From Trichodelitschia bisporula (taxonomy: Eukaryota): a stretch of DNA of 64,000 bases. Position 1 is the first letter of the stretch, and each line of letters opens with the position of its first letter. The stretch spans positions 743,224 to 807,223 of the forward strand of contig ML996694.1 in NCBI GenBank assembly GCA_010356995.1. The letters are read 5' to 3'. The position numbers and the translations under genes are program-made. Shown piece after piece: positions 1 to 11,980 of this stretch. Below the pieces are notes generated by a model. The model saw nothing but the letters and a program-made list of their open reading frames with translations, searched no databases and was not told where the DNA came from.

Positions 1-498
1 GGCGCTTCGCGGCTAGCCGATCGGTGCCTCTCAACCCGTGGGCCTGATATCTCGGCCCCGACCCGTTGCGGGTCGTGCCAGCGACGGTATGCCCGGCTCC
101 GCATCTCTCACGTAGCTCCGGCGGGCCGAAACCTACCTGCGCGGTGAGAGGCGTATTCACCAAGGCGTGGTCATTACGATGCAGTGGACGTGGGACAAAT
201 GGGGCTTGAGGATACTTGCACTGTGGTATTGGCTCGAGCATTTGCAGTGGAAAGGTCTTGTTCATATGAGAGACAAAGCACGTGATAGCGGGTGAGCGAT
301 GCAATGAAAAGCGGATGGATGAGACTAGCTAATGGCGAGGGGCAGCTCGCTACAAATACTATACGAGTGTTTACACTTGTAGGCGCTGCTGCCACTCTAA
401 TGATGGCAACTACATACTTGAATGAATGCAACTCCCATTGGGAGCCTCAGGAGCAGTGGGAAGTGACCCACCGATACCCCCTGCTCCTGACATCATAT

Positions 499-1171
499 CT
501 ATATACATGGTATCTGCCACGGAACTCGCAGGATTCGATTCTTTAATCGAATATGAGTTCGAGGGTTATGATACCGACGGCAAATAGCGCTGCCCGAGTT
601 TCTTCTTCCGATACTGTCACAGGCAGCATCCCTGTCAGTCTTCGTCCAATTCTCCCGGAAGCCATATGCCCTCAGAACTCGAAATTTGCACACAAATTCT
701 TCGAAGCTCTGCCACGTGGTATTTCCAGAGAGTTTACCCGGTGCATTTTCCGTCTTTAGAAGCTCGTTGTAGTCATTAAAGCCCCAATGCGAGAGGTACT
801 TCAAAACGGGCTCAACTGGTTGGCCACTGGGCGCAGCCGCATCGGAAGGTGAAGTAGACCCGCAGACATTTGCACGTGACCGGGGTTCTTTCGATTCGCC
901 AGAGTCCCTCTCAACCCCGATCTTAGCACGATCGCAGCTAAGCGTTCGCCGACAGCCTGAAACACGTCGAGAAATCAACGTCGTGCCTCTTCACACCTAA
1001 GATGCCCAGGTGGGCCTCCAGCCATCCGGACGTTGATACTACGAACTTTGCGGAGAGACTGTCGTTCATGAGGACATCTTTGAATTCCAACTCGCGCGAG
1101 AGCTGCAGGTCCTCGTCGGCTTGCTGGGCGCTCCCGGCCTCTGGCTTGGGGGCCTTTGGCTTGGGGGCCAT
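499..1171 (-). CDS. Hypothetical protein, probably two exons (MAPKPKAPKP... joined to the 499-978 ORF)
   Basis: Two adjacent minus-strand ORFs (938..1249 and 499..978) with protein-like composition. The splice junction is not resolved and no family is recognised. Confidence 0.3.
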
Positions 1172-1359
1172 TTTCAACTTGCGGCCCATTGATGCAGACA
1201 GGTTGGTGTTGAACTGAAGACGAAAGGAGAGCTGGGGTCGAGTTGACAAAGGGAGAGAGCTGGTTAAGCGACGAAAGGACAGAGCTGGCGTTCTGGCTCG
1301 TCAGAGTCGACGACCAGCAAACCAGGCCCGACTTGACAGGCATCAAAACTGAGCACGTT

Positions 1360-1956
1360 TTAGCGGCCGAACGAAATTATTGGGAGAGGAAGCATACTAT
1401 AAGAGATGTTGAACAGCCTTGAACACATTCCCGGACGTTCTGGATCCGTAAACCGAACCGCTGTCGAGTTCGGCCGGGTGCGTTGTTGACCGTGTGGCCA
1501 CTGTGGCCCCATTGGTGGAACAACCACGAACGAAGGGTTGTCAGGGTCATCGTAGTAGTCGTGAACCAGGTGGGCCGTTGTAGTAGTCGTGGACCAGGTG
1601 GGTCGTTGAAGTAGTCGTGGAGAAGGTGGACCATGCCTTTGTTCTCCCTCAAGTGCAGCTTTAAGGGTCCGTCGATCGACGAGGAGGTCTGGGGTGATGT
1701 AACGGTTCCACCGCACCGTTGCAATATAGCTGAAAGTTTTGAACAAAATCCCGAGGTCGATTGTGCCGGGTCCTTGTGATAGGACAAGTGAAAGGCAGTC
1801 TCGTGGTATATCGTTGATAAAATTTTGATAATGCCGGGGTGCGGACTCGAGAGCAGCGAAGCAGGGGGATTTGAATGGAGGGGTAGGGGTTGGAGGTGTG
1901 GAAAGCCCACCAGGGCGAGCAGAGAGTAGCAACTCACGGAAAGACATAATGACCAT
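1360..1956 (-). CDS. Hypothetical protein containing a 28-bp repeat
   Basis: Part of ORF 1360..2073, with an in-frame ATG at 1956. The central segment (INDIPRDCLSLVL...YITPDLLVDRRTLKAALEG) looks globular. No family is recognised. Confidence 0.3.
   Translation of the reverse strand: MVIMSFRELLLSARPGGLSTPPTPTPPFKSPCFAALESAPRHYQNFINDIPRDCLSLVLSQGPGTIDLGILFKTFSYIATVRWNRYITPDLLVDRRTLKAALEGEQRHGPPSPRLLQRPTWSTTTTTAHLVHDYYDDPDNPSFVVVPPMGPQWPHGQQRTRPNSTAVRFTDPERPGMCSRLFNISYSMLPLPIISFGR
1552..1635. repeat. 28-bp tandem repeat, about 3 copies (gtagtagtcgtgaaccaggtgggccgtt)
   Basis: Units start at 1552, 1580 and 1608; the third is degenerate. Confidence 0.85.
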
Positions 1957-4937
1957 GAAGTGCGCTTGTTCAGCCAGATCAATGATCAGAATGTTTTTCG
2001 GGGTTTGGTACAGAAGGAGTAGAGGAGAAGCAGAGGAGAGGAGGTCGGATGTCTCCATTGGCGTGTGAAGCATATCCGGGAGTCCTCCTCGGCAGGCCCC
2101 TCCAGTGGGAAGGGCTCTGTATAGGTTGTAAAGAAGAAGATGTGATGTTAAAAGATGGAGGCATTTATAACGTAAAGTGCAGGGTGAGGAAATGGGGAAA
2201 TGGGGGAAGTGGAGGAAGTTGGGGAAATCCTGGAGACCGCTGGTGAGTCAATCGCGGCTTGTTAGACGAGGCAGGAGCATTGCTGGGCAGGAAGGAGCAT
2301 ATCAAGCTTGGCACACACATCGTGTACGTCTCGAGCTTCTCTCTCCTACGCCCTCTCTTTCGCCTTTCATCAAACTTTAACTTTGCATCGAAGCCATTGC
2401 AGCTGTCAAGCCTATGCTACCATTAGCTTATGGGCCTTCACTCTGTTCAGAGAACATCGCAAGAGAATATCGACTCAATCGGCAAGTGCCAGAGACCTAT
2501 GATGGACCGTAGTCGCTGATGTGAAAAAGGTGAAGTTAATATTATCTGATTCTAATTGCTCGGATGTGACAGCGAGTCTCATGGGTAACGGGCTCGTTCC
2601 CTGAGCAGGCAAAAGAATGCCAGAGCATACGAATTCGGCCGCAAGCTGAAGGACATCTTGAGAAAAGAATTAGCGGATGCCTAAACAAGGGTGGCAAGAT
2701 TCTGGCAAGGCCTTGCATTCGAATCGATGGCGCGAGAGCCCGTAATGCAGGGTGCTTCTCTAGTTCGTTGCAGCGGGCTGCCTGTCTGAGGAAGAAGTTT
2801 GCGAACATAGTCCTTGAACGGAGGGCAGTGGCATCCTTCGGAGTTCGTCCGACCAATACACTACTACAAGACTCCGTCTAGAATTTGTGCCGCAGGACAA
2901 TGTGAAAATCCGGCCGATGAATGGTCCGAGTCATCCAGGAACAAGATATCGCAGCACCGGGGCATTCATGCATATGGGAACTCTGATTTCCCTTCTTCAC
3001 TGCAACGAGTCTCGGCCAACTCAGTGCTGTCGGATTCAAGTCTGGTAAGCATCAGCTAAATTCTGCAGCAAACATGCAAGACGAGGATACGGGTGTACTC
3101 CAAGCGGTATCGGAATATTTCCACGCAGGCTGTTTGCTTGATGCCGTGTCGCCCTCCCTTTCGGGATGTACTCTGCCGAGAGAGGCAAATTTGATAGGCG
3201 GTCCGGCTCGGCGTGAACATCGCAATCTGCAAAAGACAAGGCCTGATTCGAAGGCGCTGTAACGCTCCCAATCTCATAGCCTGCAGTATCCAAAAATGTC
3301 CTGCTTTCGCGTGCCATCAGATGATTGGGCTACGCGTCCGCATCTACACCTGTCACGACATCCAAGCAATTAGTTCGTAAGATATAAGTTCCTCGGAGTA
3401 CCAGAAGAGGACGCGTCTGCGGTGTAAATACATCGTCGTCGTCAGCACCTGAATATTGGTGCAAGGTGTTCCGACAGCGGTCCCAAAGTGTAAAGGAGCC
3501 GTCGTCAAGAATAGAGTCGCGAGGATCTGTTGTTCCTATGAAGCTGACGTGACAGTGTCGTGGTGGGAGCGGAGAAGGACATTTATCGGAAGCGCGCCAT
3601 TCGCCGTTGACGTTGAACCGTCGCACCCAGGATCTCACGCCGATATGAAATAATCACGGGCGACAACTGACCGGGTAGCTGCAAGCGACTAAGCTTTGTG
3701 GATGTTGGCAATCTGAAGTCTGCGACGATCTTGTCTTTGACGCGGTTGGACGCGGCACTTTGGGGTTGAAGGGCAATTGGGAGCGACAGTGGCTTCGTGT
3801 CTTTATTTGATGGGCGTCCATTTACAGGCCTTGGCTCAAGCCACTGACGATATCGAAACTGACCCCTGCAGGTACAAAAGTGCGGAGGACATGTTCGCGG
3901 GAGATGTGGGATGCGTTAGGTTATAGGCCTCAAAGATCGAGTTACTATTGATATGGAGCAAGTCGGGGAGTCGGAACAGTTGGGTTGAGGAGTTGGACGA
4001 AGAAGCAGCAAGCACAGCACGAAGCCTTGAAGCCAAGGCGCCGCGCAGGGCTTGACGCGGCGCACGTCGGCCCGCACCCGCAGATCTCCAACGTCCACAG
4101 CTTCACTTGAGACAATTCCCATCACGCCACTCTCTTCTTCCTACCCCACCCCCTCATTGACTTTTGCTTCACCTACTCTATACAACCCTTGGAACCTTGT
4201 AGTTAAGTCTCTAGCATAGGTCTCAAAAAATTGAATCACCGTCGCTGACCGATGTTCAAACTCTGCCCGACGTCGTCCGAAACCCTTCAAATCTGGTTGC
4301 TCATCGAGATGCCGTTGTCCTGAATGTAGAATCCGTATCTGCAAGGTCCACCTGCCAGCTGCCGTTCATATCGGAATGTCGGCGACTCGTGGCTGTCGGT
4401 GCTCTCTCCGGAACTGCCTTACACCATACATGGCCTGCACTCTCCCTCTAGTGCATGCAGCATTGAAGCCTGTGGTGCCTTACCCCCACCCAGTCACAGC
4501 GTTGTTGTCTCTCTAGTGCATCATATCGCTCAGGAGAATGGGAGAGATCTTCACTTGGCATGGTTCCGCAGCCTGCAGCCTTGCCCGCGATGGGTCCGCA
4601 TGCCTTGCGGGATGGTGTTTGTGACTCGAGTGCACCCCCACCCCCCGATTTCTCACTCTTATCCAGATGAGGATTTGCTCTTCGGATATTTTTTCCATCG
4701 AACATATGAACTCTTTCCGCCCGCTCTTACCCGCGCTCCCAATGTTGTTCCCCCTCATCTTCAGCATGTTAGTCAAATAGGCCAACAATAGCCGAGTGAA
4801 ACCTTTACCATTCTCGTCGCTCTTTAGTCCTTCATTTCTGCCCTAAAACGTCATTCCTTCCTAATATCCTTCCCTAATACCGGAGCGCGGAGATTTTTCC
4901 AGTTCCCAAGCCCGTGGTGCACGTTCGTTCTTTCAAC

Positions 4938-7146
4938 ATGGAACCTACCGACATGCCGTCCGGCGGTCTTCACGAAACAGGCCAGGATGCTGGTCAACAA
5001 CCACGGTTCATTGATCTAATCGAGGCTGCACTCGCGCGCCGTGAGCGCGGCGGCGAGAATCCATATGATAATACGCAGGATCCGGAGCTCGACCTTGCAG
5101 AGCTGCTGCAGGTCACACCAGTTCAGTCTCGTTCCTTTATTACTGCACTCAGCCACCAGAATTTTTCCTTCAGCGGGAGCAATAATCTTCGCCACCTGCC
5201 TTCACTGTTCATCAACATAAATTCCGACCGTCGACCATCTGCTGGCGGCTCCAGTGATCACTGGAGCCTCTCCACGGCCACGACGCCTACCAACGACCAA
5301 CGGCGGCTGAGCAAAGCCAAATGGCCCTCCAACTCGGAATTTCGGCTCAGCATTTCCAATCAGACCCCGGATGAAGAGATGCAAGATGTGTCAAGGCTTT
5401 TCCAAGAGCCCAAGGCTGAAAGACGCCCCTCCGACGAGGACTCGCCCGTGTCGCCCTCCGACAAGGAAAAGTACGACAAGGAGTCTCAGTACACCTCTGA
5501 GCTCTCGTCTCCGCAAGACAGTGCTCCACCATCTGCCGGAGACTCTCTTCCTAAGGCTCAGCCGCCCGTCGTTCCGCCTGGTCCGCCGCCGCCGCAGTGG
5601 TCGCTGCTTCACGAGTATGCATTCATTTTCAACATCTGCTTGGCGCAATTCATCACTCTCGCTGCTCTAGCGCAAACAATCGCTCCTTTGCTTCTCATTG
5701 GCCATCAAATGAAGGTCCGTCATCCGGGGCAGCTCAGCTGGTTCACTGCGGCATATAGCATGAGCCTTGGCACCTTTATACTTCCCGCTGGTAAGGCACC
5801 CATGCATCGTTTGCTCACGATCGATTACTCTCGACGGAGGTGATAAAATCAATTGCTAACCCACAAATGTAGGGCGAATCGGAGACATGTATGGCCATAA
5901 GCGTGTTTTCATGTTTGGCTGGCTCTGGTTTGGCATTTGGTCTTTGATTGCCGGCTTCGGGTATTCGCAAGGTCCGATCTTCTTTTCTGTGGCGCGCGGC
6001 TTTCAGGGCATCGGCCCGGCGCTCGTGGTCCCGAATGCGATGGCACTGGTTGGCCGGACGTTTCCGATTGGCAACAAGCGAAATATGGTCTTTTCGCTGT
6101 TTGCAGCCTGTGGACCGACGGGCTTCGTTATGGGTGCGGCAATGTCGTCGCTCCTTGCTGAGCGCCTCTGTACGTCCGAGCTTTGCCCATATTAAAGGTG
6201 CGACCGCTAACAAAGTTAAGGGTGGCCATGGGCTCTTTGGATCACAGCCGTAGTGTGCGCCCTCGCCGCTATTTTCAGCTATCTGGTTATCCCCGCGTCG
6301 ATGTCGCGGCCCGCTACCCCCCCGGGCCAGGACCCTCCCAAGTTCGACTTCCTCGGCTGCGGTCTCGGCGTGTCCGGTCTTATCCTGATCAACTTCTCGC
6401 TCAACCAGGCGCCAATCGTCGGCTGGCCAACCGCGTACATCTACTTCATTCTGCTCATCGGCTTGATGCTGACAGTAGCCTTCATCTATATCGAGATGTA
6501 CCACGCAGAACATCCGCTGCTGCCCCTGCGCGGCCTGCAGAAGCAAGCCATCTTCGCGCTCGCCTGCATTGCAGCGGGCTGGGCCTCGCACGGCATCTGG
6601 CTCTACTACTTCTACATGTTCTTGATGCGAGTGCGCGGCGTGGGTCCCGTGAGCGCGACGGCCTGTCTTGCGCCTGTGGCGCCCATCGGCGTGGCGTGGG
6701 CGCTTTCGACGGGCGTGCTGCTGCGGAAGACGCATGTCAGCTTGGTGATGTTTGCGGCGATGATGTTTTTCTTCATTGGCACTGTGTTACTCGCTTTCGT
6801 TCCCGAGCGCCAGAGTTACTGGCTGCAGACCTTTTTTTCGGTCATCATCATGCCGGGGGGTATGAACCTATCCTTCCCCGCCGGCACGATACTGCTGTCC
6901 AATGCTATGCCGCGCGAGCATCAGGGCAAGGCGGCTAGCTTGGTTAGCACGGTGGTCAACTATAGCATTGCGAGCGGGCTGGGGTTCGCGGGATCTGTGG
7001 AGCGTAGTGTTGTGCTCAAGGCTGAGCGGACGGGGAATATGGATGTCATGGTTGGGTATCGCGGGGGCTGGTTTTTGGGCTGCGGGCTCAGTGGACTCGG
7101 CGTGCTGATTTCGTTGTACTTCGTTTGGGTGTCGAGGAAGAGGTAG
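4938..7146 (+). CDS. MFS drug/H+ antiporter, DHA2 family (Atr1/YOR378W-like)
   Basis: Introns 5791-5872 and 6170-6220 restore GRIGDMYGHK (MFS motif A) and WWPW. Also QLSWFTAAYS and ARGFQGIGPA, many hydrophobic helices and a long disordered N-terminus. Confidence 0.92.
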
Positions 7147-7987
7147 GTTGGTTCTAGCGACATCATGGGCTATGGCGTAATGGCTTTTCTCCTTGGATAC
7201 TTTAGCATGGTTTTGGCTGCTCGTTTTCTTTCGTCTACCCTATCACTATTGCCACTCTCCTGTATATTCTTACCATACTTCGGCATGAACTCGCAAGGCA
7301 CATATCGGAACATCATTTCCCGCGACCCCGTCTCCACGGACGCGCCCCCATCATGCCATCAACGAGAGAAATTACCGCCAAGTATATCACGACCGGTATC
7401 GCCTCTCTCCTCTGCCCGACCTCCTGTGCTCTGACACAGCTTCACACGTGCCCAGCCCCCCTGCCCAGCCTTGCGCTCATGCGCGCCTGGACCGCGTCGG
7501 TGAATCGGTGTTAGCAGCACGCCGGAGAAACGAAACGAAACATTTTAATGTCGAAGCACCCGGTGGATCGAATCGGGTCGGCTTGCTGGTTTGGCCGGGC
7601 TGGGGTTCGGGCCGGCGAGGCTGGAGGCGGGGATCTGAAGTCTCTTCTAGCCGGATGCCCTCTGTCGCGAAAGTTGAGATGGTCTGATCAGGTCGCGAAA
7701 TTATATTCTGCTCGCACGTCACTGAGATATGGCCTCTTTATTGACGGAGAGAGTATCATGCAGCTGCCTGCCCCTGGCAGAGAGTCATACGAGGCTGCCT
7801 CTGCAAATAATTGGTCGCGTATACGGCGTGCTCAGCTCAATCCCATTCGCTCCCATTCTCGTGTTCCGCTCAGCTCGCGAGCTTACACGACACCTTCAAG
7901 CGGCATTTCGGTCAACAATATGGACAGTATGTGAAGCTGATCTGCAGGCCGACGTTCATGAAAGGCTGAAAGGAGCTGCTCTCGTAA

Positions 7988-8086
7988 TCACGTGAAATGA
8001 CGAATAAATTGCGCCTCCTCGACTGGCCACTTTGACGTAGAGACCCTTGCTGCAAGCCTCAGTGCCTGAAAATCGCGAAGTGACTC
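7988..8086 (+). promoter_or_regulatory. Candidate MET2 promoter elements: TCACGTGA (Cbf1-type E-box, 7988-7995) and TGACTC (Gcn4/CpcA core, 8081-8086)
   Basis: Both motifs lie 120-220 bp upstream of the ATG of a methionine-biosynthesis gene. Function is inferred from yeast and Aspergillus precedent. Confidence 0.45.
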
Positions 8087-8203
8087 TTCAATGGTGATCA
8101 GTAATGCGCCAATTCACTAATTAATTCCCTTACAAGTTCCATTTTCGCGCCCTCGAGTTGCTCCTCAACCCCTCCCCCCCTCCCTGCTCTTCACCGTCTC
8201 ACA

Positions 8204-9748
8204 ATGGCTCTCACGGAGGAAAACAAGGCCTCCGCGCCGCCCAGTAACCCAGCAGCGCCTCAAAAATACCGTTCGTCCCTCCCCGCACTCCACCAACCCC
8301 GCCGACCCCTCCTCCCCTCATCACCAACTGACACTGTCCCAGAACGAGTAACCTCACAACCCGAAAACCCCTTCGCCGCCCTCATTCCCTCCCAATCCAT
8401 CGCCATAATCCCCTCCTTCACCCTCGAATCTGGCGTCGAATTGCACAATGTCCCCGTCGCGTACAAAACCTTCGGTACCCTCTCCCCCGCCGCTGACAAC
8501 GCAATGGTCATCTGCCACGCCCTAACCGGCTCTGCCGACGTGGCCGACTGGTGGGGCCCGCTCCTCGGCGGTCCGGGAAAGTCCTTCGATACGAGCCGCT
8601 TCTTCGTCGTCTGTATCAACAGCCTCGGCTCGCCCTATGGGAGCGCAAGCCCAGTCACCTACATGGACGGCGACGCCAGCAAGGGACTGTACGGCCCGGA
8701 CTTCCCCCTCACAACCGTGCGGGATGACGTGCACATCTTCAAGCTCCTCCTCGACGACCTAGGCGTGCGCAGCATCGCCGCCGTCATCGGCGGGTCAATG
8801 GGTGGCATGCTCGTCCTGGAATTCGCCTACTTCGGCCCATCCTACGTGCGCGCCATCGTCCCCATAGCCACGTCGGCGCGCTACTCCGCCTGGGGGATAA
8901 GCTGGGGCGAAGCCCAGCGGCAATCCATATACTCTGACCCCAAGTACGCGGACGGGTACTACCCACACCACGACCCCCCGGCAACCGGCCTCGGCGCCGC
9001 ACGCATGGCCGCACTACTCACGTACCGCAGCCGGGACTCCTTCGAGAGCCGGTTTGGCCGGAACACGCCCGACCCCGCGCGCGTCAAGGGTATCAACGAT
9101 GGCGCGAGGCGCAGCGCGCTGCGCGCGGCGACAGTGGACGATCACTGGGCGGTGCACAACGACGGGAATCGCAATGCGGGGAGTTCGCGCGCGCGGCCGG
9201 CGCTGCCGACCCCGCCGCCCAGTGCCGCGGGGCCGGTGGGCGGCAAGGCGCCGACGTATTTCAGTGCGCAGAGCTATTTGCGGTATCAGGGGGAGAAGTT
9301 CATTGCGCGGTTCGATGCGAACTGCTATATTGCGATTACGCGCAAGCTGGACACGCATGATGTGAGTCGCGGGCGGGCGTTGCCGGAGACGGGGCATTAT
9401 CCTACGGCGCAGGAGCAGCTAAGTGCGGCGCTGGGGTTGATTGAGCAGCCGTGTTTGATATTGGGGATTCAGAGTGATGGGCTTTTTACGTTTGCGGAGC
9501 AGGAGGAATTGGCGGCGGCAATTCCCGGGGCGGTGTTGGAGACTATCGATAGCAGTGAGGGGCATGATGCGTTTTTGCTTGAGTTTGAGCAGGTTAATCG
9601 GCATTTGGTTCGGTTTTTGGAGAGAGTTTTGCCGGACATTATGCAGCGGGAGCCTGTGGGAGCCGTTGTGGAGGATGAGGCCGGGATGGTGGCGATGAAG
9701 ACGAGTACGTTTGGCGAGGCGGAGGTGGATGATATCACAGCGTGGTGA
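8204..9748 (+). CDS. MET2: Homoserine O-acetyltransferase
   Basis: HALTG, GGSMGG nucleophile motif, SDGLF Asp and EGHDAFL His, plus RFDANCY. Probable in-frame 72-nt intron at 8271-8342 (gttcgt...actgac...cag). Confidence 0.97.
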   Translation: MALTEENKASAPPSNPAAPQKYRSSLPALHQPRRPLLPSSPTDTVPERVTSQPENPFAALIPSQSIAIIPSFTLESGVELHNVPVAYKTFGTLSPAADNAMVICHALTGSADVADWWGPLLGGPGKSFDTSRFFVVCINSLGSPYGSASPVTYMDGDASKGLYGPDFPLTTVRDDVHIFKLLLDDLGVRSIAAVIGGSMGGMLVLEFAYFGPSYVRAIVPIATSARYSAWGISWGEAQRQSIYSDPKYADGYYPHHDPPATGLGAARMAALLTYRSRDSFESRFGRNTPDPARVKGINDGARRSALRAATVDDHWAVHNDGNRNAGSSRARPALPTPPPSAAGPVGGKAPTYFSAQSYLRYQGEKFIARFDANCYIAITRKLDTHDVSRGRALPETGHYPTAQEQLSAALGLIEQPCLILGIQSDGLFTFAEQEELAAAIPGAVLETIDSSEGHDAFLLEFEQVNRHLVRFLERVLPDIMQREPVGAVVEDEAGMVAMKTSTFGEAEVDDITAW

Positions 9749-9922
9749 GTGCTTCTTGGATGGTTTACGGGCATGGGCGGGCGTTGGGCGATAGACACTC
9801 TGGGCGAGGACACCAAAATATCTACATATAGATAGATGCGCAGAAAACCAATGCATGGGTATTCAACGCTACGTTGTGCAGCCCCTATTACCAGAAGCCA
9901 GGACCCGATTCACCTGGATAGA

Positions 9923-11733
9923 TTAAAACGACGTCTGCGCCAACCGACTCGCGGCATTCCGCGCATCAACTCGGTCCTCGTCGTCTTCCTCGACTAGCCC
10001 CTTGAGACTCCCGCTCGCTGCACGCTCACGCCCGATTCCCGGAACTTCCTCTTCATCCTCCTGCGGAGCAACCAGCCCGCCCGTACCGGGATCCGCACGA
10101 CGCACACCATCCGGCCGGCGCGGAACTCCGCTCCAGGCATCCCCCTTCGGGCCCTGCGAGCTCGCGAGGCTACTCCTGCGGACCTTCGGATGAGCCTCAC
10201 GACCAAGACGCGAAAGACCACCGCTCGCATCAATAGCACGAATATCCGGTCTCACTGCCTCGAGCGTGGCCAACGTGCGCCGCTCCGCCTCAATCTGGCG
10301 ACACACATACTCCCTCAGCGCGGTCCTCAAATCCGCAGCCGTGCGGTCAAACCAGCGCCTCCGCTCGCCCTTCAAATTCGCCGTCACATCCTTACACTTC
10401 TTCGCCAACTGCTCCTCCGTGCGCTTCGCCTCCTCCAAGGACGCAATTGCCTCATCCACCTTATCCCGCTTCACAGAGCTGGAAGCGCGAAGACGGTCAG
10501 CGGCGCTAATTTTGCTCCTTGTCGTGGTTTCGGCCTGGAGCAGCTCGCGCATGAGAATTTGCCGGTTTGTGAGCGTTTCCTTGACGATGAAGGCGTCACT
10601 GGAGTGGTAGGCGAGGGGGTCGGACAGCGTGCTGGCTTCGAAGGTGCCTTGCGCGAGGTGGAAGTCGCCGACGGCGCGGATTGTAGCGCCTAGCTTGCGG
10701 TAGGCGACGGCCAGGCCCGGGTGGTGTTCTTGCGGGGCCATTTGGGAGAAGGCGAGGCCGAGGGCGGATTCGGAGAGGCCGAGAGCTGCCCGAGAATTAG
10801 CTTAGGGCGTGAGTACGGGAGGAGTGACATACATCGCCGGGTCTTGACGACCTTGTCGACCTTCTGGCCCGCGCCCATGGTCTCGAGGTAGAACATCTTG
10901 ACGACGGGGCGCGCATCCGCCAGCTCCGGCGTGTCGTCCGGCGGTGGCGCGAACTGCTTGATCATCTTTCTGCGGACGCCCGTGGCGGGCTGCTTCCGGC
11001 GGACGACGGGGCTGTAGCCGAAGTCGCTCTCTACGAAGAAAATCATCTCTTCGTCGCGGATCAGCACCTCGTTGCTGCACACCACGTTCAACCACCGCTG
11101 CATGTTCGTCTTGACCCGTATCTCATCCTCCTCCGTGCCAGCACCGGCAGACGTAACCGGCGGCGGAACAGCGGGGACCAGGGCCTCGGGATTCGCAGAG
11201 ATGAGATGCTCGGCGAACTTGACGAACTCGGCGTGGGTGCGGCGGACATCGCGGAACTGGGTGGTCCGGAATTTGGGCAGATTGGTCTGTAGCAGCCGAT
11301 CAGCAACCTGGGTCAGACAGTAGCTGCAAGAGCAACTTACGTAGACATCGAAGCGCAAGATGGGGTCTTTACGACCAGTCCGCTCCAACCCTGTCACCTT
11401 CGCCTGGAGCTTGTACTGCGTCTGGGGGCGGGGCCGCGCCCCCGAGTGGTAGCGCTGCGAGGAGGAGCGGGGCTGCTGCTGTGGGCTGCCAGGCTGCTGT
11501 TGCGGTTGTTGGGGCTGGCCCTGGCCGTCGTCGCCACCAGCTTGCGGAGCCGGTGCAAAGCCCGTATCGTCGGACAGCGAGCGATCGATATGGGCCTGGT
11601 CGCCGTATTGGGGAGGTGGGGAGAGCGGCGCGGAGGGGATGTCGCCGGTTGGATGCTCGTAGCTGCGTGAGTGCTGGGGGGAAGATGCCCAGGGTGAAGA
11701 TTGCTCCTCTGCGGGAAGAGCGGAGTAGTCCAT
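9923..11733 (-). CDS. VPS17: Retromer PX-BAR subunit Vps17
   Basis: Introns 11287-11340 and 10786-10832 give RKDPILRFDVYTNLPKFRTTQFRDVRRTHAEF (PX domain) followed by a BAR coiled coil ending ASGGLSRLGRE. Confidence 0.95.
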
Positions 11734-11980
11734 TGCAGATCGGCAATTGACTGCGATGGTGCGGGGAGAGACAGGAAGTGAGGTTGGCGATGTTTGGAAT
11801 GGTCAGTTCCTTGGTGTCGTCGAGGTCGGCGGGTTGCTGATAGGGTCTGTGCGCTAGCTTAGTAACCGGCAGCATCACCTTCTGCCTGTTTGGGGATGGT
11901 CGGAGAGCTTTTTCCTGTGCGACTTTCACTCTTTCACCATCTGCCACTCATTCTTGTCGTTTGGGCTTTGATATTTGGGC

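Noticed and set aside
5815..6735. 306-aa minus-strand ORF
   Set aside because: It is the antisense shadow of the MFS transporter.
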